From a virus: a DNA stretch of 64,000 nucleotides. Below are positions 1 through 8,680 of the stretch, one piece after another. Made by a program: the position numbers and the translations under genes. The DNA is taken from the IMG/VR virus record IMGVR_UViG_3300027904_000001. The stretch is one strand, 5' to 3'. The notes below the pieces were generated by a model. The model saw nothing but the letters and a program-made list of their open reading frames with translations. It was not told where the DNA came from and searched no databases. How positions within the stretch are numbered: position 1 is the stretch's first letter; each line of letters opens with the position of its first letter.

Positions 1-568
1 TTTCCTCAGAAGAATGATCATGTAAAACTGCATCTGAAAAAAAATCTTTAACAACAACAACTGGTTCTTTATTTTGTTTATATGTTGTTGTTGTTTCTTT
101 TTTATTTATTTGTTGGGTACCCAATTGTATCCCACTTGTGGTACCCAATTGGGTACTAGCTGTGGTATATGTTTGGGTACCACTGTGGTACATGTCTGGA
201 TACCAGTCTTTTTGTTCTGTGGTATCCTTTTGAGTACCACTCATTTTATTTTTAGCCCATTCATCATAATCAATGTTTAATTTTATAAATCTACCTTTTG
301 TATGAGTGTTTTCTCGAACTACTATAATTACATTATCTTGTTCTAACTTTTTCAATGTCTTTTTTATATTGCCTATAGACGTTTTTATAGCATTTGATAA
401 AAAGGTAACGCTTAATTCTGCATTATCCCTATCTTTATAACCATAAGTAAAGCGTATTACGCAACAAACAATACTTAGTTCAGTTCCATTAAAGCCATAT
501 GAATATATTGCTTCAAACAACTCATTTATTACTTTAGTATATCCATTATCAAGGTGAGGACTAGCCAT
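1..568 (-). CDS. Phage replisome organizer / replication initiator, N-terminal domain; 3' end runs off the window edge
   Basis: ATG at 568 (rc) with GGTGAG RBS. N-terminus MASPHLDNGYTKVINELFEAIYSYGFNGTELSIVCCVIRFTYGY matches the Phage_rep_org_N wHTH pattern. GGTACC-type iterons lie inside the gene. Confidence 0.6.
   Translation of the reverse strand, partial: MASPHLDNGYTKVINELFEAIYSYGFNGTELSIVCCVIRFTYGYKDRDNAELSVTFLSNAIKTSIGNIKKTLKKLEQDNVIIVVRENTHTKGRFIKLNIDYDEWAKNKMSGTQKDTTEQKDWYPDMYHSGTQTYTTASTQLGTTSGIQLGTQQINKKETTTTYKQNKEPVVVVKDFFSDAVLHDHSSEE
100..260. repeat. Iteron-like direct repeats (TGGGTACCC / TGGTACC / GAGTACC, at least 8 copies) inside the replication-initiator gene; putative origin of replication
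   Basis: Read directly: gggtacccaattgtatcccacttgtggtacccaattgggtact...tgggtaccactgtggtacatgtctggataccag...gtggtatcc...gagtaccact. Confidence 0.55.
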
Positions 569-584
569 TTACTCACCTGCTTTA

Positions 585-743
585 AATAAATTGAACATTT
601 ATTAATGAATGTTCAATTTTTAACATAATTTGGCTATTGACGATATCTTTATCACATGATACAATATCATTAACATTATATTGTGATAAATATTTGCCTT
701 GGTTGCTTTGGGCGGCATCAAGGCTATTATTTTTTTCTACCAT
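585..743 (-). CDS. Small hypothetical protein (52 aa)
   Basis: ORF MVEKNNSLDAAQ... with GGAG RBS, between the Cro-like gene and the rep gene. Below the ORF-track size cutoff. Confidence 0.25.
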
Positions 744-756
744 AAGTTATTAACTC

Positions 757-981
757 CTAGTCATTAATTATTTCATATTCGAAAATATCTCTTATGTCGT
801 TTTTATTGAAAATGGTCATTAATTTTATTAAATTATCAAATTTAGGATTTTTAGTTGTGCCGGCTTCAAATCCTTGTATATGTCTAAGTGTCATTCCCGT
901 TAAGTCTGATAATTCTTTTTGTGTAAAGCCTGCTTCTTTTCTTAATTTTCTTACATTATTTTCAGTTATTTGTATTTCCAA
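757..981 (-). CDS. XRE-family (Cro/CI-type) HTH transcriptional regulator
   Basis: LRKEAGFTQKELSDLTGMTLRHIQGFEAG is a classic HTH_3 motif. Confidence 0.7.
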   Translation of the reverse strand: MEIQITENNVRKLRKEAGFTQKELSDLTGMTLRHIQGFEAGTTKNPKFDNLIKLMTIFNKNDIRDIFEYEIIND

Positions 982-1100
982 AATATTAATCCTCCTTAAT
1001 TAATACTCTTTAATTTTATCATGAAATGTATTACATATCAAGTATTACACATAAAACATTAATTGACAAATCATAGCAATTAAAATTCGTAAACCCAACC

Positions 1101-1132
1101 AAATAATAAAACAAAAGCCCTATTCTAGGGCT
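1101..1132 (-). terminator. Rho-independent terminator for the minus-strand operon
   Basis: Hairpin agccctattctagggct, followed on the minus strand by a T-rich run. Confidence 0.5.
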
Positions 1133-1147
1133 GAAGTTTAGTCAATA

Positions 1148-1372
1148 TCATATTTGCAAATCTCTTGAATCCCCGCTTCCTGGGGAAAAGCCGCCATATA
1201 CATTATTATTGAAACAGCATGGACATTGCGTTTTATATTCATTATCATTATGTCTTTCATGAATAACGGTATATTCCGTATTATCAGATTTGAATTTGCA
1301 TCCACATTTATGGCATTCAAAAACCCTGTATTCTTTAACTTTATTCGGATTTCCGAGTTTTAATATTTCCAT
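1148..1372 (-). CDS. Small zinc-ribbon protein, paralog of 8943..9167
   Basis: CHKCGC...CPCC cysteine pairs. EYRVFECHKCG resembles EYRVWECIVCG in 8943..9167. Confidence 0.5.
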   Translation of the reverse strand: MEILKLGNPNKVKEYRVFECHKCGCKFKSDNTEYTVIHERHNDNEYKTQCPCCFNNNVYGGFSPGSGDSRDLQI

Positions 1373-1374
1373 TG

Positions 1375-1881
1375 TTATTCAACCCTTTCTACTATTAAAA
1401 GCTCTGTGGCCTGAAGCTTTTCGCCGCCATTACAGTAAATAATATCATTATAATCTATATGTTTATCCCGTGTTCTTAATCCTCTTTTATTGATATTTTG
1501 ATTTATTTCACTTAGAGCGCCATCATAAATATCAATTACTTTTAGATTAACTTTTGCCTTTGGAAATTTTTTCAACATATCTGATATTTCATAAAATGGC
1601 ATGTTTGACTCCATCAAAGCCCAGAAACAATCTTTATTTTCTTTTTCAGGCCTTTTGACTGAAGCAATTAAATAATATTTTTCTTCATATTCTATCCATT
1701 GATCAGATAAAATTTCCTTAAAATCCCATCTAACTGAATCACTGCAATCATCATATTTCCTATAGATTTTGTCATTTGTGAAATCTATCCAAATATAATT
1801 CCCGGGTGTCCAATTAGGCATAGCAATTCTTTTACCTTCTCTCAATAAAGGCAATACCTGTTCAAACAACATTTTCATCAT
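1375..1881 (-). CDS. Hypothetical protein with a DUF2829-like (Tad2-like) N-terminal domain
   Basis: LFEQVLPLLREGKRIAMPNWTPGNYIWIDF ... ILSDQWIEYEE resembles the DUF2829 pattern (FEEALKALKEGKKVRR..W ... EDWEIV). Confidence 0.4.
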   Translation of the reverse strand: MMKMLFEQVLPLLREGKRIAMPNWTPGNYIWIDFTNDKIYRKYDDCSDSVRWDFKEILSDQWIEYEEKYYLIASVKRPEKENKDCFWALMESNMPFYEISDMLKKFPKAKVNLKVIDIYDGALSEINQNINKRGLRTRDKHIDYNDIIYCNGGEKLQATELLIVERVE

Positions 1882-2347
1882 CCTTTCTTAATAAATCGAG
1901 ATTCTCATAAATATTTCCCAAATTTTCTATTCTGCTAAAATCATGAACTATACTTAATTGATAATCGATAAATTCTGCTATTGGTATTATCAAATTCAGA
2001 TAATCAATATATATCGACCAGCATCCGAGACCTGACATTTTTACTATTCCTATTTCATTCCTAGATGGTTCGGGATAGTTTTCCATAAGTATAACGAATT
2101 CATTATTGTTATATGCTTCAAGAATATCTGATTCATAAATTAATTTTCCGTTTTTGTCTCTTAGCCCAGTGCATTGCATTAATGCAAATCTCTTTTGCTG
2201 ACCCGTTGCATCATCTAATACTAACCAGCTATTCCAATCGTCAGACATATCATACCACCATTCATCTGCATCAACGATATCTTTGAGTCTTAAATATATC
2301 ATTTTTTGGGCTTCTTTATCCCAAATTCTGAACATAAATCTATTCAT
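1862..2347 (-). CDS. YopX-family phage protein
   Basis: MFRIWDKEAQKMIY ... LMQCTGLRDKNGKLIYESDIL matches the YopX domain hallmark. Confidence 0.65.
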   Translation of the reverse strand: MNRFMFRIWDKEAQKMIYLRLKDIVDADEWWYDMSDDWNSWLVLDDATGQQKRFALMQCTGLRDKNGKLIYESDILEAYNNNEFVILMENYPEPSRNEIGIVKMSGLGCWSIYIDYLNLIIPIAEFIDYQLSIVHDFSRIENLGNIYENLDLLRKDDENVV

Positions 2348-2613
2348 TGTTTTGCAATACGCTCCTTATTTTTATAATAATCTAGCCCATATCCACATCT
2401 TGTCATTGCATTAACAATTTTTATCGGCTTTAACTCTTGAACCATTTTTTCTATCATATCAGCAGATTTTAAAGTATCTTTATTAAATTCTACTGTTGAT
2501 TTATATTGATTATAATAGTCATCCAGCGGGTTATCATGATAAAAAATCACCATAATATTGTCGCTCTTTCCATACATTACATGATATTTTTGATTTTTAA
2601 AAATTCTGGTCAT
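2344..2613 (-). CDS. Hypothetical phage protein
   Basis: ORF in operon context, overlapping its neighbour by 4 bp. Confidence 0.4.
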   Translation of the reverse strand: MTRIFKNQKYHVMYGKSDNIMVIFYHDNPLDDYYNQYKSTVEFNKDTLKSADMIEKMVQELKPIKIVNAMTRCGYGLDYYKNKERIAKQ

Positions 2614-2869
2614 TTATTTTATCATCCTTTAATCTTTTTATTTTTAGCCTCATTTCAATTATATTCTTAGCGATATACCCTTCGTTAGGAATTAATTTAT
2701 AAGCTTTGATAATGTATGATTCTTCTCTACCATCTAAGAAATTTTCGATTGCTTTATCTTTCATCGACAGATATCCATCAATGTTTTTGTATGAGCCAAT
2801 TATATTTGCGTAAAACGCTGGCTCATCGTTGGTGGTATGTTTGGCAATTAGAATTATTTCGTTATTCAT
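2597..2869 (-). CDS. Hypothetical phage protein
   Basis: ORF in operon context. Confidence 0.4.
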   Translation of the reverse strand: MNNEIILIAKHTTNDEPAFYANIIGSYKNIDGYLSMKDKAIENFLDGREESYIIKAYKLIPNEGYIAKNIIEMRLKIKRLKDDKINDQNF

Positions 2870-2888
2870 AATTCAAGTGCCTCCTCTT

Positions 2889-3137
2889 TTATTTAATTAA
2901 TATTTCGCCTTCTTCAAATAATTCCTTTTCTGACAAGTTTAAATATTCTGCTATCTTTTCCCTGTAAGCGGGGAACCAAGGATACTTCCCTTTAAAACAT
3001 CTGTTTAAACTTGCTGGGTCTATCCCCGTTTCACGAGCTAATTTTGCTTGAGAAATAGCTCTTTGAAACATTATAATTTTTAATCGTATTATTTTTATTC
3101 CCTCCTTTCTTATACGCCTAATGAAATTGTACTTCAT
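2889..3137 (-). CDS. XRE-family HTH DNA-binding protein (true start may be the internal Met)
   Basis: MFQRAISQAKLARETGIDPASLNRCFKG is an HTH motif. Confidence 0.55.
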   Translation of the reverse strand: MKYNFIRRIRKEGIKIIRLKIIMFQRAISQAKLARETGIDPASLNRCFKGKYPWFPAYREKIAEYLNLSEKELFEEGEILIK

Positions 3138-3315
3138 TTTTATTGTATTGTCAACACATTAAATAATTTTATTATTTGTCTACATGTCAAAAAATCATTA
3201 AACTGCATTAGTCTGATTTTGTTTATTGGTGGTTCGTCAAATGTCCTAAATTATTTTTCATTTTATCTCATAATAAATTACAGTTATTTCCTTAAAAGAG
3301 AGGAGTTATCTAAAT

Positions 3316-4080
3316 ATGTATTATCCAAATTATTATCCGAGTTACAATACAAATCCACCGCCGCGGATGAATTATAACAGTCCGTATGTTGTATATGATG
3401 AATTTGGGCGTCCAGTTCCATTGTCGCGAAAAGTTTTGCAAGATTTACAGGCAGACTTTGAACAGCGGCAAAATCCAAGACAGCCTTATAATGATCCTTA
3501 TTCAATGAATCAACCTAATTATAATCAACCTATTCAACAATCGAATATGCCATCTGGTGTTCCGTCAGCCATGCCTGCTGCACAGCCTCCGCAAGTTCAA
3601 CAACGCCCGATAAATCTGGAAGACGTAATGATATCAGTTAATAACGAAGAAGAAGCATGGAATTATAGCATTGATCAAAGTGAATGGATTAAAGGCGATA
3701 AATATTATTTTTGCAATAAGACAACTGGTGATTTCTATGTTAAATATTTTGGATTTGCGCCTGATACAGGTATTCCAAAAGAAATTAGAGAAATTTATCC
3801 AAAAAAAACGAAAGCTATTGATGGAGCCTCTGTGAAAGCTGAAAAAAAAGAAATTGAGACTGATCGCTTAGATGAAGTTGTACACCGGTTATCAAATATA
3901 GAACATAAATTAAACGAGTTTGATTTATTGAAAGAGTTTGCAATGAGCATGGTAAGTCCGCAGCAGATTAAAGGCGATAATTTTACCATGACAACGACTG
4001 ACGATAGTGTTTATCCAATTAATAAAGCAAGCAAAGGGAGACCGAGAAAAACGGAAAATAAAGAAGGTGAATTAGAATGA
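3316..4080 (+). CDS. Low-complexity Q/N/P/Y-rich protein with C-terminal AT-hook (GRPRK)
   Basis: RBS agaggag before ATG. N-terminus YYPNYYPSYNTNPPP...; C-terminus KGRPRKTENK. Confidence 0.5.
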   Translation: MYYPNYYPSYNTNPPPRMNYNSPYVVYDEFGRPVPLSRKVLQDLQADFEQRQNPRQPYNDPYSMNQPNYNQPIQQSNMPSGVPSAMPAAQPPQVQQRPINLEDVMISVNNEEEAWNYSIDQSEWIKGDKYYFCNKTTGDFYVKYFGFAPDTGIPKEIREIYPKKTKAIDGASVKAEKKEIETDRLDEVVHRLSNIEHKLNEFDLLKEFAMSMVSPQQIKGDNFTMTTTDDSVYPINKASKGRPRKTENKEGELE

Positions 4081-4388
4081 TTCATGGAATATTGCAAAAA
4101 GGATGGAAAATGTTAGAATCTGTATTCCCTGATGCGAATCAAGTATTAGATAAAGCTAAAGAAATAGGAGAATCAGAAAAAAGTGTTCCCGCTGTTTTAA
4201 ATTTTCTTGAAGGTGTGGCAAAACAAAAAGGCGCAAGTGGAGCACTTGATAATCAAATATGGAACTCATTAAAAAATATAAAAAGTGTAAATGAAGTGAT
4301 TCCGCATGTTGAAAATTTAATTAAACAACCAGAGATTGCGAAATTATTACCTAACATTTTATTTTCAAATAACAAAAACGATAATTAA
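4077..4388 (+). CDS. Hypothetical protein
   Basis: ATGA overlap with the upstream gene. Confidence 0.4.
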   Translation: MIHGILQKGWKMLESVFPDANQVLDKAKEIGESEKSVPAVLNFLEGVAKQKGASGALDNQIWNSLKNIKSVNEVIPHVENLIKQPEIAKLLPNILFSNNKNDN

Positions 4389-4444
4389 AGTTATCCATTT
4401 TAGCTTTAAATATAAAATTAAATCAAGAAAGGAATGAAAAAATA

Positions 4445-4546
4445 ATGGCAGATTATTCAGATGATAGAGTCCAAGTCGGCAGCGGATACGGTGGCGGCAA
4501 TTGGGCTATGATTTGGGTATGGGCAATATTTGCGTTAGAGAACTGA
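4445..4546 (+). CDS. Small hydrophobic Gly/Tyr-rich peptide (33 aa), YjcZ-like sporulation-peptide pattern
   Basis: MADYSDDRVQVGSGYGGGNWAMIWVWAIFALEN. A GYGGG motif precedes a hydrophobic helix. RBS aaaggaa. Confidence 0.3.
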   Translation: MADYSDDRVQVGSGYGGGNWAMIWVWAIFALEN

Positions 4547-4559
4547 CGCACTAATTAGA

Positions 4560-4880
4560 AATAGTTAGTTAAAAACTACGTGAAACGGGGAAGCCTAAGT
4601 ATAAAAGTTTTATATATGGTAATCCTATTCCAAGCCAGAAAGGGATTTCTGGAAGGATCAGAGACTAGGGGAATTAAGCTAGAACAGCCGAACCCCCCAC
4701 GAGTGCGTAGCACCTAAACAAGTAAAGTTGTAGGTGAAGAGATAGTCCGAACCCTAAACAATGCAAGCTTGATTTAACGTTTTATGCATTGTTTCCCTGA
4801 AAAGGTAGGAGACAGAATAAAGAGTCTGTCATATATAATAATGAATATTATATAATAAGAGTTCTTATATTTTTTGCCCT
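4560..4880 (+). ncRNA. Candidate structured non-coding region (multiple stable hairpins, relatively GC-rich)
   Basis: Nested hairpins: atcct..ccagaaa GGGA tttctgg..aggat; aacaatgca...tgcattgtt; gacaga...tctgtc; caccta...taggtg. No ORF. The class could not be assigned. Confidence 0.3.
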
Positions 4881-4887
4881 AGTCTTC

Positions 4888-5322
4888 ATGTGGGGCCGTG
4901 GTGAAAAGCGTCATCACAGTAATGTAGGCGAATATTTAGCTCCTGTATTAGCCGCAACAGCGATGAATCAGCCGAAGCCATGCTATGACTATGGATATGA
5001 TCGTAATGGTTATGAACATTGGGACATAGTTCGAGATGAAAATCGGGAATTTGGGAATATCAAGAAAGAAATTGCCGAAACCGGCTGGACTATTTCAAGA
5101 GAAGCCGACAGGAATTTTTATACTACGAGTAACCTAATCAATGAATCAAAGTATGAAAACGCCCGTCAAGCCGATCTCAACACATTTAATATTATACGGG
5201 AAATTAATCAAGGAACGCAAGCCGTATTAACAAAATTAGCAAACGATACCGAGCAAAGGTTGAGAGATGAACTATATGAGGCGCGGCTTAACTTGCCAAG
5301 ACCGCCTTATGGATATTGCTAA
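4888..5322 (+). CDS. Hypothetical protein with Tyr/Gly-rich motifs (start uncertain)
   Basis: ORF in the GC-richer island. Motifs YDYGYDRNGYEHW and PRPPYGYC. Confidence 0.35.
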   Translation: MWGRGEKRHHSNVGEYLAPVLAATAMNQPKPCYDYGYDRNGYEHWDIVRDENREFGNIKKEIAETGWTISREADRNFYTTSNLINESKYENARQADLNTFNIIREINQGTQAVLTKLANDTEQRLRDELYEARLNLPRPPYGYC

Positions 5323-5491
5323 TTTTAAAGGTTTTAAAATTCAATAAAAACAATGAACTATCAATCGTTAACTAAAGATTGAAATCATTATTTGTAAATC
5401 TGATGTCCGCCCGATGTTAGTCGGCTGGCGCCAAAACATATATGAGTCGGGTGATGTTGGGTTGATAAATAAATGATAGGAGAAATGTAAT

Positions 5492-6328
5492 ATGAATCAT
5501 TGTAAAAGAAATTTTCATGCACCTGTTTACAGGGGTAATGAAAGGGTTCAACGCATGGTTAGCTGTGGTTTTAATGCGGGTTTTGCACATTTTGAAAGGA
5601 AACCATGTTGCGAAAATAAAGCATTAAGAAGTGGTGCAGTGCATGAATATCCAATAGTGTGTAGACCTCCAGAAAGAATAGACATTGAAAGGGTAGTTTC
5701 TATTCCGGGGATCGATGACTCCTTATTTTTGGTTGGGGATGTAGCAAATTACAAAATGAACAAAAATTTCCAAGTGGAAATTTCTGGTGATGCAATTAAT
5801 GTTGTATCAGGTAATTTCGCGACATACTTACTCCTAAAAAATGGGTCAATGCATACATTAGGTTTTTCAACAGCCAATATTGAAAAATGCTTGCGTAGGA
5901 ATAGCCATATGTTTACGAAAGATGGAATCCGTAACCATGATTTAGAATTGCTTTACCCAGATTTAGCACCGCAGGATGAGAATGTGGAATTGGAAGAAAA
6001 AGAATGTGCTCCAAGGAGATATGCAAGAGAAACCATTATAAGTAATTCAACACTGGCAGATAACTCTACTACAATCCGCATTGATATTTATGAATGTGAT
6101 CAATTGGTAGATACTGAAATATGGTTCTTAATTAAAATGGTTTGTGAAAACGTAAATACTGTTAGAGGAATGAATGTAGCGGCTTGGGATGATTCACCAC
6201 GTACATGTGGAGAAGTTGTCTTTTTGTTAGGTCGCAGTACAAATAATGGTCTTTTTGTCCTTGCAGGTTATCCTACAAAGAGTTGCGGGTGTCACAATAG
6301 AGGATATAATTACGGTTATAGAGGCTAA
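5492..6328 (+). CDS. Cys-rich hypothetical protein with Gly/Tyr-rich C-terminus
   Basis: 278 aa with RBS aggag. C-terminus CGCHNRGYNYGYRG. Confidence 0.45.
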   Translation: MNHCKRNFHAPVYRGNERVQRMVSCGFNAGFAHFERKPCCENKALRSGAVHEYPIVCRPPERIDIERVVSIPGIDDSLFLVGDVANYKMNKNFQVEISGDAINVVSGNFATYLLLKNGSMHTLGFSTANIEKCLRRNSHMFTKDGIRNHDLELLYPDLAPQDENVELEEKECAPRRYARETIISNSTLADNSTTIRIDIYECDQLVDTEIWFLIKMVCENVNTVRGMNVAAWDDSPRTCGEVVFLLGRSTNNGLFVLAGYPTKSCGCHNRGYNYGYRG

Positions 6329-6336
6329 ATAGTTTT

Positions 6337-6356
6337 GAGGCGGGTTAACCCGCCTC
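6337..6356. terminator. Palindromic hairpin between convergent genes
   Basis: gaggcgggttaacccgcctc. Confidence 0.45.
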
Positions 6357-6359
6357 AAT

Positions 6360-7007
6360 TCATAAAATATCATTGAGTTTGGCAAACTCTCCAAAGTATT
6401 TTGTAGCTAATTCATTATAAACTAAGGCAGCTTTTTCTTCTGAATCAAAAAGAATGGCAATCTTTACTTCCCATTTATTTTGATCTTTGTTCCAATATAC
6501 GCCTTTATACTTGGATGTTCCGATTTTGCGTTTTGTTCGATTGCGAGTATTTTCAGATTGTGTACAAAGTCTTAAATTTTCTTTTCTGCAATCTGTTTTA
6601 TTACTATTTTTATGATCGACTATTGCGCCATCTGGTGCATTAATTATAAATCTATGCAAATATAATATTTTTCCGTCTTTGGTTCGGCAATGGATATAAC
6701 CGTGAGATGTTGCACTCCAATATGCTAAACTCATTACTTTATCTAAATCATCATTGTCAATTAGAAATTCTGTTTTGTGTTTAGTATTTGGATTTAATAC
6801 TTTAGAATATGCATCAAAATGTATAACAATCATTGGGCATTTTACATAACCACGTTCAAAATCTTTATATCTTGTTTTTCTAGTTTCGCCGTTTTCAAAT
6901 TCAATGATAATATCATTGGTAGTTTTGTAATGAATAATAGTTGCATTAAGTCCATTTTTCATTGTACGAACTTCACCAGTTCTGTCATTTAATTGATTTT
7001 TGTGCAT
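6360..7007 (-). CDS. HNH homing endonuclease with AP2 DNA-binding domain
   Basis: VDHKNSNKTDCRKENLR is an HNH_3 motif. SKYKGVYWNKDQNKWEVKI...KYFGEFAKLN is an AP2 domain. Confidence 0.7.
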   Translation of the reverse strand: MHKNQLNDRTGEVRTMKNGLNATIIHYKTTNDIIIEFENGETRKTRYKDFERGYVKCPMIVIHFDAYSKVLNPNTKHKTEFLIDNDDLDKVMSLAYWSATSHGYIHCRTKDGKILYLHRFIINAPDGAIVDHKNSNKTDCRKENLRLCTQSENTRNRTKRKIGTSKYKGVYWNKDQNKWEVKIAILFDSEEKAALVYNELATKYFGEFAKLNDIL

Positions 7008-7136
7008 AAAAAATAACCTCCAACCTCATATATTTATCGGGAAAGGACGATGAGGTAAAGTCGCCCACAGGTTTGCAACCCTGCCCGATTTGTATATATA
7101 TTATAACATAAAGATACCAAAAAATCAACCAAAGGA

Positions 7137-7325
7137 TTGATATCAATGCCGGATTACAAATGTGCCGAAAGTGCAAAAAGATATATAAAAGCTTACTTCA
7201 CCGACTTTTGGGGTAAAGTATCCGTCGTTTACAATAATTGCAATATCGATGAAAGACCAGAAATAAAAAAAGAGATTCTACTTTTGGCAGAACGAATTAA
7301 TTATTTAATAAACAAATCTCAATAA
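7137..7325 (+). CDS. Hypothetical protein
   Basis: Small ORF. Confidence 0.35.
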   Translation: MISMPDYKCAESAKRYIKAYFTDFWGKVSVVYNNCNIDERPEIKKEILLLAERINYLINKSQ

Positions 7326-7355
7326 ATTAACATAAATACGAAAGGATGATAAATA

Positions 7356-7682
7356 TTGGAAAGGATACACAAATACCGCGAAGACCTGCATGATCATATA
7401 TTAGAAAGGGCTGGAGAAAAAGGGTTTCAGCCGCATCCGCAGGCGAGAAAAGAAATAGATGATCTCATCGATCACCACGAGCGTGTATGCGACTATATCG
7501 GCGATGCTGAGCATCATGCAAGACGCGGACGCAGTGGCGGTCGTCAAGAAAGATATGACATGTATGATTATGATGGCGGATATGGCGGCGGACGCCACGA
7601 AGTATATGCCATGGAAGACGATTATATGGAAAGAGAAAGATACGCAAAAAGAGGAGTAGGAAGACCGAGAAAAAGACGTTAA
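7356..7682 (+). CDS. His/Tyr/Gly-rich protein with C-terminal AT-hook (GRPRKRR); TTG start
   Basis: RBS aaagga 9 nt before TTG. Motifs RSGGRQERYDMYDYDGGYGGGRH and VGRPRKRR. Confidence 0.45.
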   Translation: MERIHKYREDLHDHILERAGEKGFQPHPQARKEIDDLIDHHERVCDYIGDAEHHARRGRSGGRQERYDMYDYDGGYGGGRHEVYAMEDDYMERERYAKRGVGRPRKRR

Positions 7683-7696
7683 GCGGGGTGACTTAA

Positions 7697-8161
7697 GTGA
7701 AAGCAATATATGAAAAAATATTAAAAGACGCGGAGCAAGATAGAGACGATTGGGCAAAAGAAGGCGTTGATCTTGACGATATACCCGAATTTGTCAGACT
7801 TGTAGAAAGCTGCGAAACACTTAAGAAATACGTTGTTACAATAAAAGAGCAACCCGCAACCCGCGAAAAACGCGGAGGCAGTGATATAATCGATGCAAGT
7901 TACATATTTAGCACCGTTCAGGACGAAATTGAAGGTGCTGAAAAATATTATAATTTGTATGTTAGAATAAAGCAGGAAGGTCAAGATAAAGAACGCATCG
8001 GTAGCCTGCAGGCGGAAACGCTCAAGCAGATGGCTAAAGATGAGGTGCGGCACGCTGATACTTGGCTGAAATTAGCACAAGAACAAGGTCTTGATCAATC
8101 TAAGGTTGCACAGCTTAAACAACGATTATCCGCTGTAATGTCTAAATTAAGAACTATTTAA
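7697..8161 (+). CDS. Hypothetical protein
   Basis: 154 aa with RBS ggggtg, followed by a terminator. Confidence 0.5.
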   Translation: MKAIYEKILKDAEQDRDDWAKEGVDLDDIPEFVRLVESCETLKKYVVTIKEQPATREKRGGSDIIDASYIFSTVQDEIEGAEKYYNLYVRIKQEGQDKERIGSLQAETLKQMAKDEVRHADTWLKLAQEQGLDQSKVAQLKQRLSAVMSKLRTI

Positions 8162-8192
8162 AGCCTCTATACGGGGCTTTTTGATTTTTTTT
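8162..8192 (+). terminator. Rho-independent terminator
   Basis: agcctctatacggggct followed by ttttgatttttttt. Confidence 0.55.
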
Positions 8193-8212
8193 GAAACGGC
8201 AGGTGAATTAGA

Positions 8213-8417
8213 AGTGCCTGAAAAGAATAACAGTAAATGCAAGTACCCTAATAATTGCATTTATCACGGGTCTGGTTGCTATCATTTCAGTAATCAGCCG
8301 GATCACGATAAAGAAAAGGTACCGATTGAAATCAAAGATTTGACCTTTTCGGCAAGTGTTATAAGCCTGCCGGAAGGTTCAGAACCAACAATAAAAATAA
8401 TCAAAACTGGAAAATAG
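8213..8417 (+). CDS. Hypothetical Cys/His-containing small protein (GTG start)
   Basis: aggtga RBS then GTG. Sequence VPEKNNSKCKYPNNCIYHGSGCYH. Confidence 0.3.
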
Positions 8418-8432
8418 GAAGGAGGAAAAGGA

Positions 8433-8672
8433 ATGGCTACAAATATACATTTTGAATTCGGTATACCGATGGCAGCAAAGAAAGGTGCTGACGGAGATGA
8501 CGGAAAATCTGCTTATGAATTGGCAGTAGAAGCTGGGTTCCACGGAACTTTAGAACATTGGTTGGCAAGTTTGAAAGGTGCCGATGCAGAACCGTTAGAT
8601 TTGACAGCAACAGCACATTTAACAATGCTCGATTCCGAAGAAGAACCATCAATCAAAGTAACGGTAACATAA
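8433..8672 (+). CDS. Small protein carrying one phage tail-fibre repeat
   Basis: GADGDDGKSAYELAVEAGFHGTLEHWLASLKG matches the phage tail-fibre repeat consensus (GKSAYEIAV.NGF.GTEEEWL.SLKG). Confidence 0.45.
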   Translation: MATNIHFEFGIPMAAKKGADGDDGKSAYELAVEAGFHGTLEHWLASLKGADAEPLDLTATAHLTMLDSEEEPSIKVTVT

Positions 8673-8680
8673 TAAAAAAA

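Noticed and set aside
74-280. Plus-strand ORF of 68 aa (MFICCCCFFF...)
   Set aside because: It lies antisense to the replisome-organizer gene and falls exactly on the iteron repeats. Its composition (poly-Cys/Phe) is a repeat artefact.
794-1003. Plus-strand ORF overlapping the Cro-like gene
   Set aside because: Antisense to a well-supported HTH gene, with no RBS.
4560-4830. Known riboswitch classes (ykkC/guanidine, SAM, T-box) for the structured region
   Set aside because: It contains only partial motif resemblances (ctagggg, agtccgaaccc). The conserved cores are not in the correct order or spacing.
7401-8053. Several minus-strand ORFs (7401..7757, 7465..7647, 7721..8053)
   Set aside because: Antisense shadows of plus-strand genes with RBSs.
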